UHGV virus genome: UHGV-0036582
Length of the DNA stretch: 64,000 bases
Source of the DNA: a virus
Direction: 5' to 3' (one strand)
The notes under the pieces are model-generated. The model saw only the letters and a program-made list of their open reading frames with translations. It ran no database searches and had not been told where the DNA came from. Below are positions 19,478 through 29,800 of the stretch, one piece after another. The translations under genes and the position numbers were made by a program. Position 1 is the stretch's first letter. Every line of letters starts with the position of its first letter.

Positions 19478-19747
19478 GTGTCGCCATTAGAGCTACTGAA
19501 CGTTCCTCTCACGATGTTCTGGATGCTCAGTCGCAATATAGACCGTCTGCGTGCGGAAGAGGATGTCCGCAACTTACAAGTCGCTCGTGCGTCCCAGGCG
19601 GATGGCGAGGCTGTGAAGGCGTTCATGGAGGGTTTGCAACTCAGGATTGGAAGACCAGTCGTAACAGATAAAGTCTACGATCCAAGCCAGGATAAGGCAG
19701 ACCCTGACGCCAAAGAGCAACTGATGCAAATATTTGGCAGAGGATGA
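19478..19747 (+). CDS. tail assembly chaperone frameshift extension (GT-like)
   Basis: -1 frame relative to G is open from 19361, overlapping the last 12 codons of G; ends at start of tape measure gene. Confidence 0.45.
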   Translation: MSPLELLNVPLTMFWMLSRNIDRLRAEEDVRNLQVARASQADGEAVKAFMEGLQLRIGRPVVTDKVYDPSQDKADPDAKEQLMQIFGRG

Positions 19748-22700
19748 CAAGGGAATGTCACAAAACGTAGAGTTTATCCTGTCGCTGGAAGACAAACAGT
19801 TTACAGCGTCAATCGATCGTGCGGGGAAACTGCTTACTCGATTTGGTGAGCAGGTAACAAAGCCTGCTCAAAAAATCCAAACCTTTGAACGCTCTTTGGG
19901 TTCGGTCGCCCGTATCATTGGCGTTCTGGAAAGCAAGCTCGATTCTACGGCAGATAAACTACAGGATGTAGCTGCCGGTTTTGAGCTTGCTTCAGATGCT
20001 ACGCGTAAAATGCGTGGTAACATCACCAGCCTCAATTCTGGTCTTAAAGCCCTGATTGAGCGCGTCGATACGACAACTTCTTCAGTAGATAAACTCACCG
20101 CGTCATTACGTAAAGTGCAATCAGAGCTAAATGATTTCTCTGATTGGGCGACCTATGCAAGCAAAAGCGCAAGCCGCTTTGGTACGGAGGTCAAAGAGGC
20201 CTCTGCGTCCGTGAGTGGCATGAATACGCGCCTTAATACCACGACGAAGCGACTCAGTAATTGGGGTGTCACAACGAGTCAGGCTGCCGATGGACTGAAA
20301 AAGGTTCGTGAGCAGATGGACGAAGTTATCGGACGTCAACAACTGATTAGCAAGCCGGTACGCGTTCGTACATCTGGCAGTGGCGATGGTGGCAGCGGGC
20401 GGCGTAGCGGCTCTGGCCATAGCGGTAAAAGTAACGAAGGAGGTATGTTCTCTGGCCTTCGTGGCAATATTTTCCTGCTTGGCGAGATTGGAGATGCAGC
20501 CAGAACGGTTACTGACATCATGTTTGGATGGCAGAAGCCTATTGTTGAAGCTGCGGCCGAAATGGAACGTATGCGGGTGATGCTTCGTGGGTTGAATAAG
20601 GAGAAGTCTAACCCTGGCCAGGCAGCCGCCGATGACATGAAGTACATCGTAGACATGGCTCAAAATGCGCCGTTCGCGATGCAGGCGTTAACAGATTCCT
20701 TCGTGAAGTTTCGTTCTGCTGGCTTAGATCCAACCGATGGCTCTCTGAAGGCGCTGGTGGACTCCGTTGCTCGTTTTGGTGGTGATAGTGAGCTGTTGAA
20801 ACGTGCGGCTGTGGCCGTTCAGCAGATGTCCGGTAAGGGCGTCGTGTCAATGGAAGAGCTACGTCAGCAATTAGGTGAAGCCGTTCCTAACGCGATGCAG
20901 GCAATGGCAGACGCCGCAGGCATCACTATGGGGGAACTGACTAAAGCCGTTGCCAGCGGTACGGTTGAGGCAAAACAGGCGTTGTCTCTGATGTTTGTTG
21001 GTCTGCGTGCGGAGAATGAGAACGCAGCGAAAGACATGATGCAAACCTACACAGGTGCGCTGGCGCAACTTCAGACGTCATTCACGTTATTTGCTGATCG
21101 GGTTGGTCAGGCCGGATATCTGGATTCTCTATCGAAGGGGATGAAAGAACTGGCTTCAATCATGAATAGCGCCGAAGGGATTTCGTTTGCTAATTCTTTA
21201 GGTTCGGGGTTAACGACGGCAATCGATGGGTTGCGTCAGCTTGCTCAATGGTTAGCAAAGAACCAAGAACTGGTAATTAATCTCGGTAAGGTCGTGGCCG
21301 CGATGGTTGCGTTCAAACTGATGCGTGCAGGGATTATGGGCGTAGTTGGTGCTGGCGGCCAGATGGTTAGCACCTTCGCCACGATGGCAACCGCCATACA
21401 GACTCCATTTAACCTCGGCGCTACAGCAGTAACTCGATTCAATCGTGCGGCACGTATGGGGTTGGCTCCGATCCCCTCTCTTATTTTCGCCATCCGTGGG
21501 GCGATTACGGGGCTTAAAGGCGCTTTTGCAGGATTAACGGCGTTCATTGCGGCAAACCCTATAGGGGCAGCATTTACAGTCGCCACTGTAGCTGTTGCTG
21601 GCCTAATCACGTACATGACCATGCTCCGCAGCGAAACTTCAAAGGTCGTTGACGAGATTAGGAAAATACCAGAGGCGATGACGGCGGCCAAACGTGCACA
21701 AATGGCCGACCGCGCAGAAAAGCTCGAAAAGCAGATTCTTGCTGATCAACGAGCATTAAAAACTGGTGAGGGTGTTAATTACGTATCTAACTCTGCCGGT
21801 GTTATTACTCACAAAGAGTCGAAGGCTGACATCGAAGCACGCCTGAAAAAAAATCAGGAGGAGTATCAAAAGATAACCGGCACGATAGCTCTTGGTGACG
21901 GCGCTGTAGCAAAGCGTTTGGCTAAAGAGGCTGCCGAATCTCAGATTGAGAAAATTCGAGCGGAAAACCAGATTTTCGCGGCAACATTCGTGAAAGCCCG
22001 GCAAGAGGCTCTGGATAAGATCCAGAAAATCAATGATGACGGTTCACTTTCAGATGACGAAAAGAACAAGCTATTGGCACCGTTACGTGAAACGGTAAAC
22101 AAAAGCTATCTGGAGCCTGCGCAAAAACTGGTTGATTCACTTTCTTCTCGTAAGAATGCGACCGAGAAGCAAATTGCGACTCTTAATGATCAGCTTGAAA
22201 AAGCCAAAAAGGATGGAAATACCGAGCAGATCCAGAAACTGCAAGGCAGTATTCGTGGTTATCAGGAGCATTTGGAAGCCGTTGCTCAGGAGCTGACTCA
22301 GGCAGAGTTCGAGAGAGATAACGCGGCCAAAACTGGTAAGGGCGTAATGTCAAACCAGGGGACTGTTCTTGGGTTAGGTACAACTGATAAAGCTGCTCAG
22401 AAGGCGCTGGCGCAATATATGCGAAACCAGATGGATTCTGCGACTTATCAACGTACTTTGCCTGACGGCACTCCGATGATGGACTTCGAAGGTAAGCCGA
22501 TTATTGGGCCTAAACAACTCAAGACGCAGCTTAATTTGCAGAAAGCATCCAGTGCCAGCTCTCTGGAGAAAATGAGCGATGAAGAGCGTGCCGCAGCCAT
22601 TGCTGCACTGACTAAAGCTCGTGAACAGGATGCCGCAGCCGCCGAGAAAGCAGCCCAACGATCAGCTAATGCCTCGCAGCGAGCGGCCAAGAAAGAACAG

Positions 22701-24323
22701 GCAGCGCAACAGAAACTGGCGGCCGGATACCAGAAGGCTCTGGATAAAGCCGATCAGCTTATGGGGCAAATGGGTGAAAGCTCTAAGGCTACGGTATCGT
22801 TTGATCAGTCTCTACGCGATACAACGAAATCGCTGACGGATTTGGCTAATGCGGTTCCTAACGAGTTCATCACTCAAGAGATGATCGACAAGGCGAAAAA
22901 ACGTCTTGAAGACCTCAAAAATGCGACACCTGAATATCGCGAGATGTTTAATCGCCGCAATGTTGAGCAGATGATCTCCACTTGGGCACCGGAGGCGGAT
23001 TCCATTATTAGTGCTGGCTATACGCCGTCTCGTGAAGAGAAAGTTGCTGATTTCGAAGACACCTACAACCGCAATCTCAAAGCGTTGATAGAACTTCGTG
23101 ATAAGGCGTCTGATCCTAAAGTCGTGGCGCTTTATACAAAGAAAATCAATCAACTTATTGCTGCTGGCAATACCGCGCTTATTAAAGAGACGGGGACTGC
23201 GACGCAGAAGTTGGCACTGGAATACGAAAGCCTGGCAGAGCAGATCGAAAGCACCTGGACTGATTTGTTTAGTGGCTTAACTGATGTCCTGACTGATTTC
23301 GTTATTAACGGGAAGATGAGCTTCTCCAGCCTATCTCAGTCCATTTTGAAAGATATCACCAATATGGTCGTGAAGTCGCAGATCACGCTGCCTCTAATGA
23401 ACATGTTGGGGATGGGAACCACCGCTGCTGGTAGTTCACAGAGTGGTAATTTGCTGACCGGGGTTGCTTCCGCCGTTGCCAATCAAGGGGTACGAATGGG
23501 CAACACTGTTAACGGCGACAAGTCTGTAGGAGAAGCCACGAAGGAGACGTCCAGTTCGGTAACTGGATTGGGGCAAACAACACAGCAGACCACCAGCGCA
23601 ATTGGCACAGCAACAAATGCGATTGGTAGCTGGGTATCGGGGCTATTTGATAGCACCGAAGCCAAAGATGCTGAGACAAAAGCAGTGAAGGACTCCATCT
23701 TCTCGATGCAGAACCTCAGCTCTGTTACCGGCGCTCTGTCTGCCGCGTTTGCAATGCTTGGAGCTAATGCTTCCGGCTCTGGTAATAAGTGGTTGAATTT
23801 CGGCGCGACAGTTGCATCTGGTTTGGTTTCAGTATGGGCTGGTGGTGGATTCGATGGATTGATGTCCGGTTCTTCTGGCTCAACTTCCGGGTTCAACAAT
23901 CTGACCAGTTCTGCTGCCGATGGCACGAATGGTATTCCTGCAATTCCGAAGTTTGCAAATGGTGGCATATTCGGAAAAGACGGCGTGATCCCGCTCCGGG
24001 CATACCAGAAAGGCGGTATCGCCAACTCACCTCAATTGGCGTTGTTTGGGGAAGGCGATATGAATGAGGCGTATGTTCCATTGCCTGATGGTCGAACAAT
24101 CCCTGTAACGCTCAGTACCGATGGTATGAGTGGAGGAGGAAATGTTCTTTCTCCGGTATCAATTGAGATCAACGTCCATAGTGACGGTAGCACAACTGAA
24201 TCCGGCGATACAGAAAGCATATGGAACAATGCCGCTCAACGGATGAAAGCAATCGCGCTTGAGACTATCGCTCAAGAGAAACGCCCTGGCGGATCACTCA
24301 ACCCAAACACTCAACGTAACTAA
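19734..24323 (+). CDS. tail tape measure protein
   Basis: 1529 aa, alpha-helical, Gly/Ala-rich hydrophobic segments; position after G/GT. Confidence 0.9.
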   Translation: MAEDDKGMSQNVEFILSLEDKQFTASIDRAGKLLTRFGEQVTKPAQKIQTFERSLGSVARIIGVLESKLDSTADKLQDVAAGFELASDATRKMRGNITSLNSGLKALIERVDTTTSSVDKLTASLRKVQSELNDFSDWATYASKSASRFGTEVKEASASVSGMNTRLNTTTKRLSNWGVTTSQAADGLKKVREQMDEVIGRQQLISKPVRVRTSGSGDGGSGRRSGSGHSGKSNEGGMFSGLRGNIFLLGEIGDAARTVTDIMFGWQKPIVEAAAEMERMRVMLRGLNKEKSNPGQAAADDMKYIVDMAQNAPFAMQALTDSFVKFRSAGLDPTDGSLKALVDSVARFGGDSELLKRAAVAVQQMSGKGVVSMEELRQQLGEAVPNAMQAMADAAGITMGELTKAVASGTVEAKQALSLMFVGLRAENENAAKDMMQTYTGALAQLQTSFTLFADRVGQAGYLDSLSKGMKELASIMNSAEGISFANSLGSGLTTAIDGLRQLAQWLAKNQELVINLGKVVAAMVAFKLMRAGIMGVVGAGGQMVSTFATMATAIQTPFNLGATAVTRFNRAARMGLAPIPSLIFAIRGAITGLKGAFAGLTAFIAANPIGAAFTVATVAVAGLITYMTMLRSETSKVVDEIRKIPEAMTAAKRAQMADRAEKLEKQILADQRALKTGEGVNYVSNSAGVITHKESKADIEARLKKNQEEYQKITGTIALGDGAVAKRLAKEAAESQIEKIRAENQIFAATFVKARQEALDKIQKINDDGSLSDDEKNKLLAPLRETVNKSYLEPAQKLVDSLSSRKNATEKQIATLNDQLEKAKKDGNTEQIQKLQGSIRGYQEHLEAVAQELTQAEFERDNAAKTGKGVMSNQGTVLGLGTTDKAAQKALAQYMRNQMDSATYQRTLPDGTPMMDFEGKPIIGPKQLKTQLNLQKASSASSLEKMSDEERAAAIAALTKAREQDAAAAEKAAQRSANASQRAAKKEQAAQQKLAAGYQKALDKADQLMGQMGESSKATVSFDQSLRDTTKSLTDLANAVPNEFITQEMIDKAKKRLEDLKNATPEYREMFNRRNVEQMISTWAPEADSIISAGYTPSREEKVADFEDTYNRNLKALIELRDKASDPKVVALYTKKINQLIAAGNTALIKETGTATQKLALEYESLAEQIESTWTDLFSGLTDVLTDFVINGKMSFSSLSQSILKDITNMVVKSQITLPLMNMLGMGTTAAGSSQSGNLLTGVASAVANQGVRMGNTVNGDKSVGEATKETSSSVTGLGQTTQQTTSAIGTATNAIGSWVSGLFDSTEAKDAETKAVKDSIFSMQNLSSVTGALSAAFAMLGANASGSGNKWLNFGATVASGLVSVWAGGGFDGLMSGSSGSTSGFNNLTSSAADGTNGIPAIPKFANGGIFGKDGVIPLRAYQKGGIANSPQLALFGEGDMNEAYVPLPDGRTIPVTLSTDGMSGGGNVLSPVSIEINVHSDGSTTESGDTESIWNNAAQRMKAIALETIAQEKRPGGSLNPNTQRN

Positions 24324-24365
24324 CTATCGACTGCCCCGACCGGGGCAGTCTCACAAGGATGTGAG

Positions 24366-24701
24366 ATGGAAAGACAAACGTTTAATTGGTATCCAGATTA
24401 TGAATCTGAAAAAAGCGTAAAACCGAATGTAACGGTACTTAATTTTGGTGATGACTACGAGCAGCGACAGGCTCAAGGTCTTAATCGTATTAAAGAAGAA
24501 TGGTCGTTAACCTTTACCAGATCATACAACGAAATTAATGCAATCGATGACTTCCTGACTGAGCGAGCAGGCGTTGAGTCGTTCTATTGGGTTAATCCAA
24601 GAGGAAAACGGATTGTAGTTGTATGTGACAGTCATACGGTCAAGCGATATCAGGGGTACGCAGTATTAACCGCTCCATTCAGACAAGTATTTGAGGCTTA
24701 A
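24366..24701 (+). CDS. minor tail protein (lambda M-like)
   Basis: 111 aa, first gene of M/L/K/I/J-like order after tape measure. Confidence 0.65.
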   Translation: MERQTFNWYPDYESEKSVKPNVTVLNFGDDYEQRQAQGLNRIKEEWSLTFTRSYNEINAIDDFLTERAGVESFYWVNPRGKRIVVVCDSHTVKRYQGYAVLTAPFRQVFEA

Positions 24702-24750
24702 GTATCTGGATAAGTAAGTACTAATTTACTATCATTGTGGCGCTGACAGG

Positions 24751-25482
24751 ATGTTAGCGCCTACTTATTTCAAGGATGAAACAATGGGAATTAAAGCTGA
24801 TATTCAGAGCTTATCTCCCTCTGCACTCATTGAGTTGTTCGTACTGGATATGTCGAACACAACTTCAGGGGGGAAGCTATTCTTCCACGCCGGAACAAAC
24901 GAACTGATGCAACCGGTCGTCTGGCAAGGAGTGACATACGAGCCGTGGCCAATCAAAGCATCAGGCTTTGACAAAACGGGCCAGGGAACGTTGCCACGTC
25001 CAAAAATTCAGGTATCGAACTTTGCCGGAACCGTCTCTGCGGAAGTTCAGGCAAACGACGATCTTGTTGGCTGCCGCATTATTCGCAAGATGACGCTGGC
25101 TCGCTTCCTCGATGCCGTTAATTTTAAAGACGGTAATCCAACAGCAGATCCAAACCAACATTTCCCGGATGAAATGTGGTTTATCGAACAGAAAACGCTC
25201 GAAACTCATCAGGTTGTCGAGTTTGAGTTGTCCAGTGTGTTCGATTTGATGGGGGTGCAACTGCCGTATCGTCAGATCATTAAAAACACCTGCCCGTGGA
25301 AATACCGAGGGCCAGAATGCGGCTATACCGGTCCATATTTCGACAAAAATAACCAGCAGACGTCTATGTCTGGTGCTGATTACTGCACAAAACGTTATGA
25401 CGCCTGTAATGCGCGTCGGAATTATTTTGCCAACGGAGTGATCCATTTTGGCGGGTTTATTGGAGCTACGCGATATGGGTAA
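24751..25482 (+). CDS. minor tail protein (lambda L-like)
   Basis: 243 aa with C-terminal Cys cluster CPWKYRGPECGY...CTKRYDAC. Confidence 0.65.
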   Translation: MLAPTYFKDETMGIKADIQSLSPSALIELFVLDMSNTTSGGKLFFHAGTNELMQPVVWQGVTYEPWPIKASGFDKTGQGTLPRPKIQVSNFAGTVSAEVQANDDLVGCRIIRKMTLARFLDAVNFKDGNPTADPNQHFPDEMWFIEQKTLETHQVVEFELSSVFDLMGVQLPYRQIIKNTCPWKYRGPECGYTGPYFDKNNQQTSMSGADYCTKRYDACNARRNYFANGVIHFGGFIGATRYG

Positions 25483-26272
25483 TAAAGCAATCCCTGAGCT
25501 TGGCTCTGATGTTATGCAGCAAATCTATCTCTGCGCCATAAATCGCTACCCTAATGAAGCGTGTGGCTTTCTGGTGAGAACTAATGGCGACAAATATCGC
25601 TTTATGGAAGCGCGAAATGTTTCGGAGAACCCGCAGAACACTTTTGTAATGCACGTTGACGACATTATGGCGGCAGAGGATGCAGGTGACGTAATCGCAA
25701 TCTGGCATTCACATACTGATGAATCAGCAGAAGCATCTGATGCCGATCGTGCAGGCTGTGAAGCGACGGAAGTTCCGTGGATGATTCTGGCTATTCGCAA
25801 GAATGTTGAGGGCGATGCCCCTTTCCATTTTAGCGAGATGAATGTGATCACACCTGATGGTTTCGAAATGCCATACCTGGGTAGACCGTATGTATTTGGC
25901 GTATTCGATTGCTGGATGTTGTGTCGGGACTATTTGAAGCGTGAGTTTAACGTCGAGCTTAACCCGAACGCACACCTGCATATTCCATCGTGGTACACCG
26001 GCGATAACGACATTCTCGACCAGAACTACCGAAACGAAGGGTTGGTACGGCTTGCGCCTGGAACAGAGCCTCAACGTGGGGACGTCTTCTTTATTCAATA
26101 CGGGAAAATGCCAGATCACTGCGCGGTTTATATCGGCGATGGAATGATTCTTCATCACCAGATCGACCGTCTTAGTTGTCGTGCTTATTACGGCGGAATG
26201 TATCAGAAACATACGACGCATCACTTGCGTCACAGAGACTTGCTCAAGGGAGATGAGACGTGTCTGAGTTAG
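25448..26272 (+). CDS. tail protein K-like (JAB/MPN + NlpC/P60 domains)
   Basis: JAB motif IWHSHTDESAEASDAD (H-x-H...S..D) and NlpC/P60-like Cys/His (FDCWML...ILHH). Confidence 0.75.
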   Translation: MAGLLELRDMGNKAIPELGSDVMQQIYLCAINRYPNEACGFLVRTNGDKYRFMEARNVSENPQNTFVMHVDDIMAAEDAGDVIAIWHSHTDESAEASDADRAGCEATEVPWMILAIRKNVEGDAPFHFSEMNVITPDGFEMPYLGRPYVFGVFDCWMLCRDYLKREFNVELNPNAHLHIPSWYTGDNDILDQNYRNEGLVRLAPGTEPQRGDVFFIQYGKMPDHCAVYIGDGMILHHQIDRLSCRAYYGGMYQKHTTHHLRHRDLLKGDETCLS

Positions 26273-26853
26273 TTCATGTGCAGCTTGGCGGACCTATGGC
26301 TAAACATTTTGGTCGCCACTGGCATCTAAAGGTGCGCAATACAAAACAGGCTCTGGATTTAATTGAAGCCAACAAGCCTGGGTTTAAAGCATGGATGAAG
26401 CGCAATATCAAAACCTATGACAGTTACCACATCCAGATCACCAATAAACAGGGCCACAAGTGGTCTGTTGACGAAAGTGAATATCAGATGATGGGGCAGT
26501 CTGACAACATTGCCAAAATCCGCATTACACCTGTTCCGCGAGGAAGCGGTGGATCTGCTTTTGGGTGGTTTCAGACGGTAGTAGGGGCCGCTTTGTTGGT
26601 TGTATCGGCGGTAGTGATGCCTGCTTTAGCACCTCTCGGTTTGTCACTGATGATGGGCGGCATATCACAAATCATATCGCCGCAAGCCACTAACGAAAGT
26701 GTGAGACAGGCAGATAACTCGAACTCTTATTATTTCGACGGCCCTCAAAATACAGAAAACCAGGGCAACCCAGTACAACTTATCTATGGCGAGGAAATTC
26801 TGGTTGGCTCACAGGTTGTGAGTTCTTCAATCACGATTGACCAGCTAATGTAA
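26260..26853 (+). CDS. tail assembly protein I-like
   Basis: 197 aa with C-terminal hydrophobic segment, between K-like and J-like genes. Confidence 0.6.
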   Translation: MSELVHVQLGGPMAKHFGRHWHLKVRNTKQALDLIEANKPGFKAWMKRNIKTYDSYHIQITNKQGHKWSVDESEYQMMGQSDNIAKIRITPVPRGSGGSAFGWFQTVVGAALLVVSAVVMPALAPLGLSLMMGGISQIISPQATNESVRQADNSNSYYFDGPQNTENQGNPVQLIYGEEILVGSQVVSSSITIDQLM

Positions 26854-26864
26854 ACAAGGATTTT

Positions 26865-29800
26865 TTGAACATGGAACAGTTCAAGAAGAAAAAGCTACCG
26901 CTGTTTATTGCCGGTGCGGGTGGTAAAAAAAGCAGCAAAAGCTCCAGCCGTACACCGGTTGAAGCCGACGATACCGTAAATTCTCGTGCAATGGCCGCTA
27001 TCCTCGATCTTCTTGGGGAAGGGGTAATTGGCGGCTTAGTAAATGGCGCAAGATCTATTTTTATCGACGATCTGCCGATTGTAAATGAAGACGGTTCCTC
27101 CAACTTCAGCGGAATCACATGGGATTTTCGCGACGGTTCACAAGACCAGACTCCAATGTCTGGCTTTGATTTCGTTGAAACGCCTAAATCCGTCAATATC
27201 CAGTTAAAAAAAACACATTATGTAACGGTTTCAATCGATAACGATGAAGCTGATCGGGTTCGTGTCATCATGAAGTTTCCTTCTTTGCGAAGCATAGATA
27301 AAAAAACTGGTGACACGAACGGTACGACTGTTGAGTACAAGTTCCAGATAGCAAATGGCGACTCAACATTTGTAGATGTGGTCGCGGAAGGTGAAAAAAG
27401 CGTTGGCATTAAGCTAACAGCAAAGAAGACCGGCGTTTATTACCGTAGCTACGAGCTGAAGCTGCCTAAGCCTGGACGCGCATACAAGGTTCGTGTAGTC
27501 CGTATTACCGATGATAACAGTAGCCAGTATCTCTATAACGATACATGGGTGGATTCAATCGGGGAAATTGTCGATACACCGATGAACTATCCAAACTCTG
27601 TTTTGGTTGGATTGAAGGTAAACTCTGAGCAATTCGGCAGCACCATGCCATCTCGCTCTTATCTGGTGCGTGGCCTAAAAATTCGAGTACCTTCAAACTA
27701 TAACGAGTCAAGTAACACTTACGCTGGGGTATGGGATGGTACTTTTAAGCTGTTGTCTTCTTCGAACCCCGCGTGGATTCTCTTTGATTTGCTGACCAAT
27801 GCTCGATATGGCCTTGGTCAGTATGTGTCGGAATCTATGATTGACCTTGGTCAGTTGTACCAGATTGGTCGATATTGTGACGAAGAGGTCGATGATGGCT
27901 TTGGTGGCAAAGAGAAACGCTTTGCAATCAATACGCAGATCACCAGTCGACAGGACGCATACCGACTAATTCAGGATATTGCTGGAGCATTCCGCGGCAT
28001 GGTGTTTTGGGCTGGTGGGATGGTTAACATCATGCAGGATAGCCCATCAGATCCGGTAATGATGTTTACCAACTCTAACGTCAAAGATGGATTGTTTACC
28101 TATAAAGGTTCTGCGCGTAAAGATCGCCCATCCGTTGCGCTCGTAACCTACAACAACAAGGAGGACGGTTATAAGCAAAACATCGAGTACGTTGAAGATC
28201 AGGACGCAATGCGCCGTTATGGTGAGCGTAAGACAGAAGTCGTAGCATTTGGCTGTACAAGCCGAGGGCAGGCTCACCGAGTTGGTTTATGGCTTTTATA
28301 TACCGCCAGAATGGAGTCGGATGTAATTACATTTACTGCCGGCTTAGACGCGTCATTTCTGATGCCTGGTGAAACCGTTCTGATTCAGAACAAATATCGC
28401 GCAGGCAAACGTAACTCAGGTCGAATTGTGGCGTTTACCAAAAACAGCGTCACACTCGATGCGCCTGTGTCGTTAGCCAAAGGCGGCTGCTTTATTCGAA
28501 TACTGAATCAGGAAGGCAAAATCGTTGAACGCGATGTTCTTGAAACTGGCGAAAATATAACAAAAGTTACGTTTTCAAAAGCCCTGTCTTCGGCTGAAAC
28601 GCCTGTTTTGAACGGCGTCTGGACTATTACAGAACCAGACCTCGAACCTATGCGCGTTCGCATCGTTAACATCGCGCAGGGGGAAACGCCGGGTAGCTTT
28701 GACATCACCGCTGTTGAGAACAATCCGTCTAAATATGAGGCGATCGACAATGGTGCAACGCTTATCCCGCAAAATACGACGGTATTGGACCCGACTTACT
28801 CCAAGCCGTCTAATTTGCAAATCACCGAAGGGACTTATCTCTCAAGCCCTGGCAACCTGTCAGTAAAACTGACTGCAACATGGGAAGGGAAATCTCCAGA
28901 GTATTGGATCAGTTGGCGACGTTCTGATGAAAACAATGTATCGAACTGGCAATCGGCGCGTGTAACCGAAGAGCAATACGAAATCGTTAATGTTGCGGAG
29001 AATGGACGCTACGACTTCCAACTGTATGCGGTTTCATTCAACGGTAAAAAAACAGAGATTATCAGTACCGTTTATCAGGTGCTGGGCACAATGACACCGC
29101 CAGATGCCCCAACGTCATTAACGGCCGTTGGAGACTATCGTAATGTGATACTGAATTGGGTTAATCCAGATTCGGTAGACCTTGATCACATTAATGTTTA
29201 CGCGTCCCAGACCAATAATCTGGATACGGCGAAACTGATCGCAGAGTCTGCAAGCACCACCTTTACACATGCTGGTCTTGGGGATAGCGAAACGTGGTAT
29301 TACTGGGTTCGAGCATCGAACAAGCGAGGTATGTTAAGTCCTCCGAACTCAAACTTGGGTACAGAGGCGACAACTCGCGATGTACTGTCGTTCCTGACTG
29401 GCAAAATTACATCTTCCGAGCTTGGTCAGGCTCTGCTTGAGGACATCAACAGCAAAGCCTCTCAAGAAGCCGTTGACGAGTTAAATGAGCATATCAACCA
29501 GAGCGTCGAATCTTTGGAGGGGGCGGTAAACGACGTTAAGGAAGATATAGCTGAATTAGATAAGCAGTTCAGCGATAACCTCGCGGATTTTGAAATAAAA
29601 TTCAACGAGCGTAGCGATGCTTTGGAGAACGCACAAACCGAGCTTAAAGGTGAGGTTTCGGCAACGATCGACAAGGTCAATAAAGCGTTTGAAAAAATTG
29701 ATGCTACTGATGCTGCAATTGTTGAAATCGAAAATACCGTATCTGAACACGATAAAGCTCTCGCTAATACAGTCGAGGCAATAAAGGCTGCAAGAGATGA

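Noticed and set aside
20127-21691. Minus-strand ORFs of 106-178 aa inside the tape measure gene
   Set aside because: Fully embedded antisense in a long, well-supported gene; no RBS or motif support.
25724-26233. 169-aa minus-strand ORF inside the K-like tail gene
   Set aside because: Antisense to a gene with clear JAB and NlpC/P60 motifs; artefact.
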